This document shows positions 51,386-64,000 of a DNA stretch of 64,000 nt, piece by piece. This DNA is from Gnetum montanum (taxonomy: Eukaryota > Plantae > Gnetophyta). The notes beneath the pieces were generated by a model, which saw nothing but the letters and a program-made list of their open reading frames with translations, ran no database searches and was not told the origin of the DNA. The DNA lies in assembly GCA_015680685.1 (NCBI GenBank), contig MNCI01002704.1, forward strand, positions 112,701-176,700. Reading direction: 5' to 3'. Position numbers and translations under genes: made by a program. Each line of letters begins with the position of its first letter. Position 1 is the stretch's first letter.

Positions 51386-52247
51386 AACCCAAAGCCAGCA
51401 TTGATATATTATTTTGCCTATTTTCTTTTAATCTTATTACTACCAAAAAATTTGTCTCTAGTTTCTAAAAGTGGGTGGTTCAACTCTTCCATGGGTTGGC
51501 TTTCCCCCTTCTTTTGTCCCTTTTTCCATACCTAGCATGGAAGTAGTTGGGAGGCCAGTGTTGTTGAGCTTTGAAACCAATTTAATGACTACATCTGCTT
51601 TTATTATAAGTGAAAGCCATTTTCTAGATTTTTCAAGCCAAAATCCTAAGGAATCCAACACTACCTTTACTTCCTTGTACCAGAAACCTTAGCATGGAAG
51701 CTCAAGGTGGCTTGAGTACTAAAATTTCACAACATATGCTATGAATTTCTAAAGCAGAGCTAATGTAGAAGCCTTCATAACCATTTAATTTTTTCTACCA
51801 CATTTTTAACACTAAACAAACATTAGTTTCCATACCAACCAAGCCTACTTTTCCCTCCTTTGTGATAAAAGTTGGCAATTGGCCAAAACCATCTTTGGAA
51901 ACCACCAAGTTTCCATTTTGGTCTTCAAACTTTCTCCCCTCTCTCCAACATTGAAATAAGAAGGTGTGAGATTTCCACTATCTCACCCCCCTTCATTCCC
52001 CCTCTTGCCATACCTAGTGTAGAGGCAGTTGGAAGGCCAACTTATGTGATGTTTGAAACCAACATTACCAATATTCTAGTTCTAGTAAAAGGGTAAACCC
52101 CTCTCATCCCCCACTTACTAATTATATAAAGTACATCATTTTTTTCATTTTCATTTTCTTTAATAATTTTTTGAATTTCATTTACTTGAGTTTACTCCTA
52201 TTTTACCAGTTATAGCCATTTTTTAATCCATTCTCAACACTATAGCC

Positions 52248-55200
52248 ATGTCTTTCCAACAATGCACCAAATTGTCCCTCACTCTCCAACAAGCCATGAG
52301 GATGTATGATCCAAAAGACTTTGCCATCATGGACTATAGGTAATCTTTGAAAGTTAGAGGGGAGATTCTTGATTTTGCAGCCATAAATGAATAATGTTAT
52401 AACTTCATTTATGCTAAAATATAGTTAGGCATGCTAATTCAAAAAAAATGGAGCTAATGCTAAAAGGAAATTTGAGCTCATACACAAGGGTGGAAAATAG
52501 TACATTCCTTCCCTATATGATGAAATTCCTCTTAATGACATCTACTCTAGCATCCTAGCCTAATTTATTACCATGGAAGAGGAAGATTACAAGGCTAGAT
52601 TTGAGGAACAATAAGAGGAGAAGGATGAATTTAAGGTAGAATCAAAGCTTAAAAACATCCTGGGAGGACTATTCCAACAAACATCCTCCAAGGTTCCAGC
52701 ACCTTTCTTTAATGCTTTTTTTTCTCCATGGGCATGGTTCCACCATCTTCCAATTCTTCCTACCCTACTATGATAGATCCCATGCTAGTTATAGCCACAC
52801 ATCATACTTAACCAATGTCACAAACAACCAACTATAGCACATCAATGTCATTTATAACACAATCTCGATACATAAAATCATCAACATTAGTTTTTACCAT
52901 TAATAACTCACACAAGGTCCACCATGGGACCCTAAGCAATACAAGCATCACACACCCCATTTGTCCCATTTATGCCTCAAGTATTGACACAAACATCTTT
53001 TTCACTATTTGGTCCATAAGCCACTACCATAATGCAGCCTCTTCCATCTATCCTGTAACCTATAATGGGGGCACAAGCCTCACAATAATGCCACAACCTT
53101 ATATAAAAACCTTGCAACCTATAGTGCCACCACAAGGCTTGGATCAAGCCTTCCAAATGATCCAAGACCTAATGGAGGAGTTGAAGAGGTTTAAAGCCTC
53201 TGCCACACAAACTATCAAGATTATGAACTTCTACTAGGATGATCCCATAAGTCCTATAGTCCCCATTCTTGACACTTCCTCCTAGTTCTCCATTCCCCAA
53301 TTTAGCAAATAAAATGGAGAAGGTAACCCTAATGCTCACCTTATTACCTTTTGATCTAAAATTTTACTCTTGTAGCCATGGCCTCATATCATCATGAGGA
53401 TTTTCCCTATCCCTAACTAAGAAAGCACTTGATTGGTATCACACATTTCTTAGAGGATCTATATTATTTTTGGAGGACTTTGTAGTCTAGTGTGTCAATT
53501 GATTCAAGTATAACTTGAAGCATGACACAATGCTTGATCAACTCATGAAGGCCAAGTAGGGGTTGTTAGAACCCATACAAAAATTCATTTAGTAGTGGAA
53601 TGCACTATTGAATGAAATACTAGAGCCCATAGCCAAAGACCACTTGTTATCCATATTCAAAGAAATAGTTAATGACTTCATCAAGTCTAAACTCTACTAC
53701 CTTGATCCATGGTCTCTTAGCCAAGCATTCTTGCAAATTAAAAATATAGAGGATGTCACAGAGGCTAGTCATTATTTGTCCTATATAGTATATAAAATCC
53801 AACATACTCAAAGAGATAAGAAAAAGAGAAAACAAAACAACACTATTGTAGCAATTATAAACAAGGAAATTAAGACCACAAACCAAGGGCTAAAGGTCAA
53901 CCTACCCAAGGCCCCCACCAATGACCACAATAACCAACCATCAACTTCTAGGACCACTACATCGATAAAAAATTAACCTAACTTTGAAAGGAAGGATAGG
54001 TTTAAATATACTACATTGTAATTAAAACCATTTAAGTTGCTAGACCAACTATTATGAAGTGGATGCATGCAACACAAACAAATGATTGAAGTTGCTTGAA
54101 AGAAACATAAGTAACTATGCAAAATAACTCAATATCTGACTTAGGCAATGAAGGATGATCCCTAGTTTTCTAAATACTTCAAGCTAGACCACTTCTGCCA
54201 TTAACATCAACTGCCAAGTCATGATACAAACTTCTTCCTTGCATTGAAGGATGATAGATCTAGGAAAACTAGTCTTAGATGCATCTAAGCTAGTTTGGGC
54301 ACAAAAATTGTCAAAGTAGTTCTACAAAGACCCATTGAATGCTAATGATAGCCCATATGTTATTTTAGTGTTCAACATCAATGACAATCAGAGACCTACA
54401 AGAGAACCATTCATGATTCAAGTACCCATCTACAATGAATTATCTTCTTTGGCTTCCCATATCTCAAGATCTCCCTTCATTGTGATAGTACCATCACGAA
54501 TGCCTCTGAGGGCACCTTTTGTCAAGAAGGTCTCTCAACCCAATACAACCAAAATAACCATAGCCCATAAAACTACATAAAAAATTCTTGTTGTAACTAA
54601 TGCTACTCACTCTTCCTTATAACTAATGGCTGACAACCAAAAAACCATAGCCAAACAAAGGAAGAAGCATAAGCAAAGGTTTAATAACAAGGAAGACAAG
54701 CATATGGAGGCATGAAAGGAAGTGGATCCACTAAATTCGACTCCTATTTTCACTATATCCATGACATCCTTTGCCCCATCCCTTTCAACCAACAAGCTAC
54801 AGGAGGATACCAAAGCCCACATCCAAAACAACAAGGAAGTGCCACAATAGCCACAACCTAAAGCTAAAGTCTGCATTTTGGGATGCATGGAGAAAGTAAA
54901 GCACAACTGGGGTAATAAGCCCATGGCCAATGACAAAACCTTCTTCAATGTAATGGACCAAGGTAGGCAATTCCTCAAGAAGAAAAATACAATCCTAACC
55001 TTATATAACCTAATCATGACTTTCGCCACACATCATGAGATGCTAGTTAGAATGTTAACCTCCATACCCATTGGTGAGGATATTCCTACTAATGAGAAAA
55101 TCATTCATGCAATAATGATTCCTCCTTCACTAAGGGAAGAGAAGTTGACATCTTTAACATTTTTTAATAGCAAGATTAAGGTTAATCCCAAAAATGGTGA

Positions 55201-55280
55201 AGTGACTATAGCCCCTTTACTGATAACCATATCCATAGGACAATTTAAAATACATCAAGTGCATGTAGGTGATAGAGATG
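52248..55280 (+). pseudogene. gag: gag and start of protease of B2, disrupted
   Basis: Capsid PQFSK*NGEGNPNAHL..KALDWY; knuckle FCH*HQLPSHDT; truncated at QVHVGDRDA (B1 has MHVDDGA). Confidence 0.85.
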
Positions 55281-55489
55281 CAAATGAACTTAGGCTAGCA
55301 TTTACTAACATAGGTGCATATATCCAAAAATAAAACCAAAATTTAAATTTAAAGTTAAAATTTCCATAACATACATAGCCATGGCCACAATGTGTAGAAA
55401 TAATGTCAAAGAATAATAACCATCCATAACATAGTCTTGGCTAATGATAGCCATCAATATAAAAAAAAATAAATAGCCAACATGCTGAA

Positions 55490-58400
55490 CTAAAGGAGGC
55501 TATTGAATGGCATCTAAAGGAGGAACTGGTGGGTCATTCCCATCCTCATCACTAAGGTTACCAATGTCTCTTGATCCCTAAAATACAACAACATATAGTA
55601 AATTAGTAACCCATAGCCAAAATCATGACTTAAAACAAAGACTAAAACATAAAATATATCAAGTTTTTTGAGATTCCAACTCCATTACATCTAGGGATAG
55701 ATGCAAAAGGCCTTCCTCCAAATGATGGAGGATCTAGTCCTCTATCATGTGGACCTAATTAACATCCCCAAGATCAAACCTATCTATAGGATTCAAAGTA
55801 GGAGGCTCATGAGTAGTAGCAGCTATAGAGGTCTTACCTACAACAATGGTGATCTAAAGAGTAGGGGATTGCTCCACCTTAAGAGTACTTTCAAAACATT
55901 GATAAGCACTCTCTACCTAGATCCCCTGAATAAATAGCTCTTTCATGTGTTAATTGATCGACTCCTCCTTAATTCCCTTTAGCTAGGCCCCACAACTAGC
56001 ATTATACTAATGCTTGTGGGCCTTTTGTATCTTGCCCCACTCAAGGACCCAAGCATAGTGATCCTTCCAATCCTTAACCTTTGTGAAGATGAGGTCCATC
56101 TACATATGTTGTTCTACTATCTCCCATAGAATCACTACTTTGTCTTTAACAACATGCCAGTAGTAGGCCCATGTGATCTCATTAGTCTGTAACTCTCTCA
56201 AGTTAGTCACTTGGGCTTCCACAAAGTCTTTATGATCTTGGAGATCTCTAATTGTGTCCTCCTACCTTTGAGTATTTTCCCTTAAGACAACAACTTTCTT
56301 CCATAGGGATTTTTTGGACCTCTCTAGCTCCCATGATGTTTTTTCACATGACATCACTAAATCAGTAGTGGTCTCATACAACTTTACGAGTAGACTAGAT
56401 ATATTTTAGGGAAGCTTAGGTAAGGAGTCTATCTCCATGTCTCTACTAGGTTCCCACTCCATGGAGGGTGCTACACAAGTATAAAATACAAGCATAAAAC
56501 AAAACCTAAGATAGACATAATGTAGGAAAAACCCATGACTGAAGCACATAAAACAAAATCCTTACCTATCTCATATGCAACATGATGTAATTGATTGATG
56601 ATGTCCTTATCCATCCCATGTAGTAACACCAATTTTTTTAGAGTCTATACCCATGGTTTCACACAAAACTTAGGGATGAAAGCTTGCACTAGTGGTTTAG
56701 GAACAATTGTAAGCATGAAAATCATCAAAAACATAGAATGATAACCAAAGATGACCAATGAAATATAATGAAAATATTAAAGTATAGGCATACATGGCTC
56801 CTCCTCCTTGCCCTCCTCTAGGATGATGATGGTATAGGTACCTAGCACAGCCTCACCAAATAAGGCACTTGAATCATCTAGACCTACATTAGCAAATTCT
56901 TCAACCATAGGTTGCTTTTGGAGTGCCTCTTCTACACACCCTTCTTTTACCTCCATAGAAGGATGCTTATCTACAACCATAGCATGTAGAAAATAAGTTA
57001 ACACATAAAAATCATAAAGTAGCCATAAATTTTTAAAACATAGCCAAATTTGAACAAAGCATACCTACAACTACTTGCTATGATGGCTTAAGCTTAAACT
57101 TAGGCTTTCTCTGGGTAGGCTAATCTGATGTTGCGGAGTGCCTCCTCCATAGGCCTCTTGAGTTTCTTCCTAGCTACCCCTTTGGACTTTATGTGACATT
57201 GTTTGGCATCCTAAACACTAACAAGAAATGACAGGGGCTCATCATCATCAGTACTATAAGGAGACCCATACTGCCTAACATTGAGATTATTAGTGATGAT
57301 GGATAACGTATCATCCATCCATTCTAGTGGGCTCTAGGATTGAATTGTTGGATAAATGTGCTTTATCCAAGGCTTGGAAAGTTGCCTTGAATCTTGGGAA
57401 ACCCATAATCCATTCCTATCTAGCACTAGAAACTCTATAAACCTCTTTAGATAACTTGTAAAAAATGCAAGTGTATATGGATTGTCATAGAGGTGTTAAC
57501 ATAGAATCTAAGGATCTCCTCTTGAAACTCAATAGCCAAAGTAGCCATCTAATCAAATCTAATGCCCTCCATTAGGACCTTCTTAAAGGTCCATCCCTAT
57601 GCTAAGTCAATTATCTTCTTTTATGATAGTATTTTGGGGAATGCATGAGACCTAAACAAAGGATATGATTCCTTTGCATCAGGGTTCATAAAGCTATCCA
57701 TAGAAATTCTAAAGCAATCCATGTTGGCATCAAGCCACTCTAGGACTTCTTTATGATGGCCCAATTTCCTTCCTGTCATGGTGAGAGCTTTTTCCCTATT
57801 AGTAGGGACACCAAACAAGCCATGAAAGATGCCAACACCTATGTCCATGTACACCTGCATACCTTAGATGATGATGCTAAAATGACCAAATGTTTCATCA
57901 AAGAAGTTGATGACATGCAACATCTTCACATCAAGAATGGAAGCAATAGGTACCATGAATACATTGAGGAAACTTGCATGTTGGATGTTTGCTTGAACCT
58001 ATCTAGGTGCCTATCCCTTTAGCCTCTCCTATGCTAATTCTACTTCACCGAACATTAGGATGAGGGTATCCTCATGACACAAACCTAAAATTGGTATAGT
58101 GACATTAGCTGAGGTGGAAGGTCCTACAAAGAAATAACCAAAGTTTTGCATTAATAGGAGTAATTTCAGTGATTAATAAAAGCAATAGAACACTCAAATT
58201 TATAGTCATACAAACACTAGAACTTATGGCCCTTACATTTACCTTTCCTTTTCTACTATGGTGTGGAGGTCCTAGTTACAAGTGTTTGATCCTTGCTATT
58301 AGCATCTACCCATTAGTTGTGCATCATCCTATCATCCTTAAACTTTTTGTATACATGGTTAAACCTGGTGGTGTATTCATAAAAGTCCTCTCTTAACTAT

Positions 58401-60810
58401 TAATACACAAAAATTATAATTTGGAAACTCTTGGTAAATTTATCCAAAGTAGTTTGAGCCACTGCCAGGATTTGATCATTGATAATAAAGCCCTTAGCAT
58501 TGACTTTGTACAATCAATGAAGTTAGGAAACGTTATCAAGCCAAAAGCATAAAAGCATTACAATAACCATGCTTAACCTTGTAGACAGTACATAGTGCTA
58601 GGAAGGTTTTCCAATAATGTGTGGGCTCTATGCACCACCACTAGAGTATTGTCAGTATTATACTGACTATACTCTAGCATCATCTAGATCTCTAAAAGGT
58701 AACATGGACTTATGGCATCTATTGGTCCCCCTACAGTCTCAAGAAGTGGCTTGTTAATAATGTATCTAGTAATCAGGCTAGATTCCCAAGGCAACAAGGT
58801 CTCCACAACAACCCTAGCTACATCCATGAACAAGTTTGACCACAACATCACATTGAAGTTCCTAAGAAGATAGGCAAGGAAGTCCCTTACTGTAAGTTGG
58901 AACAACAACAAGAGCTTTCTAAAAGGCATGTCATGTGGTGGCATGTTTGTCTTGGAATGACCAATGTAGCACAAGATGCCAATGAGCTTCAATATGATGA
59001 GGATAGGCCTGAAGAAGATCCTATATGAAGCAAAGCACAAAAACATTATAACCAATCGAAATTTCTTAACAAACTTAGACAAAACATCTAGTCAAAAGTG
59101 ATATTAGCCTCTATAAATAGCTCTAAGCTATTTTTCTAAATTATTCTAAGTAATTACACAAGAAAACATTATTACAAGCTTGCATAACCTTACATTATGA
59201 CCAATGTGAATTCTTAAAAAATTTAGAAAAAATTTCCTAAGTCAAAGGTGAAATTAGCCTCTATAAAAAGCTCTTAGATGTTTATCTATATTAGCTTAAG
59301 AAATTACATAAAAGAATTATTAGCATGTTTTATAGCCTTTATAACGAAAACATTATAGTTAAGACTAATCCTTAGCCTAAATTATGCATAAATTTAGAAA
59401 AAAGCATATAAATTATGCATAAATTTGGAAAAAAACATGAAAGTTATGCATAAATTTAGAAAATAACATCTACATTATGCATAAATTTAGAAAAAGAAAG
59501 CATATGTTTATAAAAAATATCTAAATTATGCAAAGCATGCATAAATTTGAGGAAAACATTTAAAATATGCACAAAGCTTATGAAAAAGCATTTAAATTAT
59601 GCAAAGCATACATAAATTTTGAAAAATAATTTAAGCTATGCACAAATTTATAAAAAGCATAATAAACTTAGAAAAATCCATGTAGCCATAGTAAAAGCTT
59701 TTTAAAAAGCCTTTTACTCTTCTTAAAAGAGTAAAATTAAGCATTAGTTTTACATGTTACAAAAGGAAAACATAAGTTACACATATTAGCCACTTCAATT
59801 TCCAAATGGGTAATGTACTACAACTATGATTTTTGCCTCGATTCACATAGCCATAGCCAAAAAATTCATAAAAAAAACATTTTAGCTCCAAATTGAGTGA
59901 TTCACTACCATTTGAAAGCTTAAATCAAGCCCTACACACCCATACTTTGAAAAAATTCAAAACCTTGGCCATTTATGCAAGAGAAATTCGTTAATTTGGA
60001 CAATAATCCAAAAATAGCACAAGCATCCTTACTACACAACCTTAACAAAAACTTCGTAGAAAATTCATTCTAAGTGTAATTGGAGTGATTTCACCTTCAT
60101 CGGAAAGCTAAAGCCAATGCCTATGTAGCCATTGCTAGAAAATAGCCAAAACCTTTACGTTTTCCTTAGAAAAAAGTTGCAAATTCACATAAAATTGTTA
60201 AAGTAGAAAAAATAACCTAACTGTGCAATGTTAGGAAAATATCCATAACTTCTTCGTTTCAAGGTCAAATTAAATAAGATAATAGCCATTGAAAAGCTTA
60301 AATAAAGCACTATGAACCCATAAATTTTAATTTTAAAAATTTTTAATTAATATATCAAAAACATACAAAACATTACTTTATTTTTCAAGATAAAGCTTCA
60401 AAAATCCTAAAAGCCTAAATTTCATATAGCCATCAAAATAGTTGAAATGGCCAAAACTGTTGACACTCATTAAAATTCATAGGAAACTAATGGGGTAATA
60501 TTTTGTTAAAATTGAATTCGAAAAAATCCTAAGGCCTAGATCTGAAAAAACAACCATACCCCAAAATTTTGGGAAAAAGCAAGAAACAGTAAGCCCTATT
60601 TTCAAAATCAAATTTACAAAAGCTAAAGCAATGAAACAAATATAGATATACATGGAAGTAGCCCAAATAGTATGTGATATTTTTTTAGAATTCTATCTTA
60701 ATTCCTCCACCAAAGTAGATTTGAAAAAATTTCCTTAACACATAGGAAGTAAAAAACTAGAAATAACCATAAGAAACAAAGGCAGAAATAGGTAGAAGTG
60801 CCTACCTTTG
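55490..60810 (-). pseudogene. Antisense spliced accessory gene, copy B2 (most complete, about 8 exons)
   Basis: Approximate exons: >60806, 59020-58577 (FCP1-like), ~58508-58243, 58123-57065 (PMD/Transposase_32-like), ~56983-56780, ~56707-56567, ~56470-55665, ~55577-55490. They are separated by AT-rich introns with GT/AG ends or single-substitution decays. Confidence 0.8.
59370..59680. repeat. ~31-bp AT-rich tandem repeat in the long first intron
   Basis: Repeated AAATTATGCATAAATTTAGAAAAA with palindromic core TTATGCATAA. Confidence 0.85.
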
Positions 60811-62039
60811 AGCATTAACAAAAGAAGGCTAGATGGAGATGGAACTAGGAGCTTCTTCTAATACCCAAGCATGTTTATCTACCTTTTGAATTACAGGATT
60901 TTGGCTCTTTCCCCATTGTTGCTTTCATGCCATTGCAGGCTCAATGTTGGGAATGGTTAAAAACTGAAGGGGATGAGAGATCAATGTTGGCTATGGGGAA
61001 GGTGGGAGGCTTACACACTAAGAATTAGCTATTTTTGCCACAAGAACCTCTACTAAAGATCTCCTCCAAAGAATTTTTGATTTAGAATGAAAATTATGGT
61101 GAAAACATGCAAAATTTGATATATAAAACTCATCTAAAAACCTAAATGCACACATTGAAACCCCAACTACTAATTTAGTGCACCATAACTACAAGTTCAC
61201 TAAAGTGCAAGGTGGAAAGTCTAGTTCACAATGGTTTTGGAAGGGAAACAACTTCACTTTTCAAAATTTTAAAGTTTTGAATTTTGGGCCCCACCCTATG
61301 CCTTAACTCTTCACCAAAACTTGCATCAACCCTAAGATTTTTATCAATTTTGATACTTAAAACATTATGGAAACCTTAACCCCATGGATCCACACTGGGA
61401 ATACCATGCCTAGTGTGGAAACATGCTTATTATTTTATAAATTCATTAGAATTACAAATATTTTTCTATTTTTGGTAACCCAAACCTACGTTGTTCAACC
61501 TTGAGTTTGCAAAAGTGGATAAGACATGAGCAAGGCTAAACACCATTGATTTTCATGCTAAGGCAGTAGTTCCTAGCATGGAAGAAGAAGGGTAACACTT
61601 ACTCTTACCTCCCAACACTCATCTAACATAATTTTAACCCCAAAGTGGGCCCCATGTGACCAAAAACCCTCTAAAGCATCTTTCAAGGCCTCAAAATCCC
61701 ACTAGACCTAGTCAAAACAACACAAAATCTAGAATTTGGTGTTTTCCATGCTAGGGGAAGCTTCTTCCATGTTGAGCCTCTCGCCCTTAGCATGGATAGA
61801 TGGGAGGAAGCCAAGAATGATCTAAATTGATGACCTAATGACCATTTCTTGATTCCTAGTGATCCCTAGACCCTAAACCTTGTAGAGCTTCTAAAAGCTC
61901 CAAAATTGTCAAATATGATACAAAAATGGGGGAGATCACATGAGGCACTTAAAAGCCTCCAAATTATCAAATCGTGATACCCAGCATTAACCATTGACAC
62001 TGACACCCCTAAAGGTTGACATGCATGGTTGATAAACTA

Positions 62040-64000
62040 TTGATTTGGCCTGGATATAACTTTCTTGATTGGGGGATACCTCTTCCATGCTACGTCTTCA
62101 ACCCTTATCATGGAAGAAATGGGGAAGCTTAGACATTAGACATTGATGGCCAACACTAGCAATCCTGTGAACACTCATGCATAATCAGATTGATCATAAA
62201 AGGGGAAAAATATTTTTCCCAAATTTTCCATGCTGAGCATGGAAGCCCCAACATGGAAAAACAGGAAAAGCCCAAAAGTTACCTAATGACCCTTGAAACA
62301 ACCAAATTTTAACATATAGTATTATTACTTAACACTAGCAATCTTAGAAGCCTGCATGCATGACTAAAAGTGACCATAGAAGATCAAAAAACATTTTTCC
62401 TAATTTTCCAAATTGAGCATGAAAGCCCTCATGTGAAAAAATGGAGGAAAGCCTAAGAAATGCCTAGTGACTCTTGAAACAGCCAAATTTTAACATCAAG
62501 TAGCAGTAGTCAACACCAATAACCTTGGAAGCCTACATGCATGATTGAAAGCATCCAAAAATGATCAAAAACCTTTCCTCAAAATTTTCCACATTGAGCA
62601 TGGAAGCCCCAATGTGGAAAAAAGGAGGCAAGCTCAAAAAATACCTAGCAACCCTTGAAACAGCCAAATTTTGACATCAAGTAGTAGGAATTAACACTGA
62701 CAACCTTGGAAGCCTGCATGCATGACTAAAAGTAGCCAAAAATGATCAAAAATATTTTTTCCAAATTTTCCACACTGAGCATTGAAGCCCTAATGTGGAT
62801 AAGGAAGGGAAGCTTAAAAAATACCTAGTGGCCCTTGAAACATCCAACTTTTAACATCAAGTAGTAGTAGTCTACACTAACAACCTTGGAAGCTTACACC
62901 CATGACCGAAAGTGATTAAAAATGACCAAAATGCTTTCCCAAAAATTTTCCATACTAATCATGGAAGATCCACAATGGAAAATAGAGGTAATCCCAAACA
63001 TTACTCATTGACCTTCAAAATAGCAAATTTTTAGCACCAAGCATTGACCATTGTCACTAGCAATCTCAAGGACCTACATGCATGATCAAAAATGATGCAA
63101 AAGTATGAAAATCTATTTTCCCCCACTTTTCCACACTTGGAATACTATCCCTAGTATGGAAAAAGAGGGGAAAGCTTAAAATCCACTTCAAAAATGTATA
63201 AAATAACAAGTTTTCACTCCAAACCCTAGTCTTTAGTCCTGGTAGCCACAAAATCTGATATGCATGCTTGATTAAAATTAAAATTGGGCTAGATCTAAGT
63301 TTTATGATGTCTCCACACTAGAAAATTTTCCCTCCATGGTGCTTAGTGTGAAAATCAAGGAGACCCATTTGGAGTCCATAACTACCTCAAAATAACATTA
63401 ACTAAACTTGCATACACTCTAGGACCTTGCCAACATCATTTGCAGCCTTCAAATTTTAAGAAACTAATGTCATAAGGCCAACCTTTGATTTTCCCCAATT
63501 TTCCACACTGATCATCCTAGTCTCAACATGGTAAAAAGGGATAAAGTCTAAAAAATTCTTATAAATCTCAAAAATGACCAAAATTTGACACCAAACCTTA
63601 GAACTCAACCCCTATAACCTTGGAGGCTAACATGCATAGTCTATATTGAAGTTAAAATTTTCCTAGACCTAAGTTTCATGAATTTTCCACACTAGGAATC
63701 CCTTTTTCCATGTTGAGGATGGTATCCCTGGTGTGGAAACTTACGGGGAATCTTGTTTGGAGCCCCTAAACACTTTAGAATGACATTAAATGACCTTTCA
63801 TGCACTCTAGAACCTTGGTAGGGGCCATTGGAGCCATTAAGCTTCATGAAATTAATCCCAAATGGTCAAAAAGTGGTTCCCCCTAATTCCCCCAACTAAG
63901 CTCTCCATCCTTAGCATGGAAGAAGGGAAAAAACTAAAAAAAAAACACTTAGGGATGTCCAAAACTACTAAATTTTGACATGGATCCATAGCCCTTGACC
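62040..64000 (+). repeat. ~180-bp tandem repeat array inside B2
   Basis: TTTTCCA-anchored units at 62224, 62404, 62585, 62766, 62946 and 63127 (period 180-181), continuing in more diverged form to the window end. Confidence 0.9.

Larger units (their letters stand above)
50016..64000 (+). mobile_element. Tat-clade element B2, nested in B1, runs off the window
   Basis: Starts TGAAACACCAC like the C LTRs. LTR, UTR, gag and antisense gene are collinear with B1. Confidence 0.85.

Noticed and set aside
55490-60810. A functional host CTD-phosphatase gene
   Set aside because: It has many stops and frameshifts, and three copies sit at the same position inside Tat elements.
1-64000. Short ORFs in the supplied track as intact CDS
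   Set aside because: All are at most 151 aa and are either fragments of the pseudogenes above or chance frames.

Overview
This window is a stack of nested, decayed plant LTR retrotransposons. I found no intact host gene or RNA gene. Heavy CG/CHG deamination (many CTAG, TAG and TGA) points to a large, methylated land-plant genome; a gymnosperm is only a guess. Seven insertions can be resolved. (1) Athila-like A1, 3' end only (1-2241, +). (2) A SIRE-like Copia lacking pol (2242-6681, -). (3) Athila-like A2 pol (6682-10300, -). (4) Tat-clade B1 (10301 onward, +), which hosts the last three. (5) Tat element C, complete at both ends (16945-32513, TSD ATTAT). (6) Athila-like A3 (36521-48355, -). 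(7) Tat element B2 (50016 to the window end). The main finding is that all three Tat elements carry, directly after gag(-pro), an antisense multi-exon gene with homologous splice sites. It encodes an FCP1/NIF-like HAD phosphatase-fold exon lacking most catalytic aspartates, a PMD/Transposase_32-like exon and a Trp-rich exon. In element C this gene lies between gag and RT-RH-aRH-INT. Each family also repeats a family-specific CG-containing motif in its LTR and again near its accessory gene. All domain calls come from motif recognition in manual translations, not database searches, and internal coordinates are approximate.
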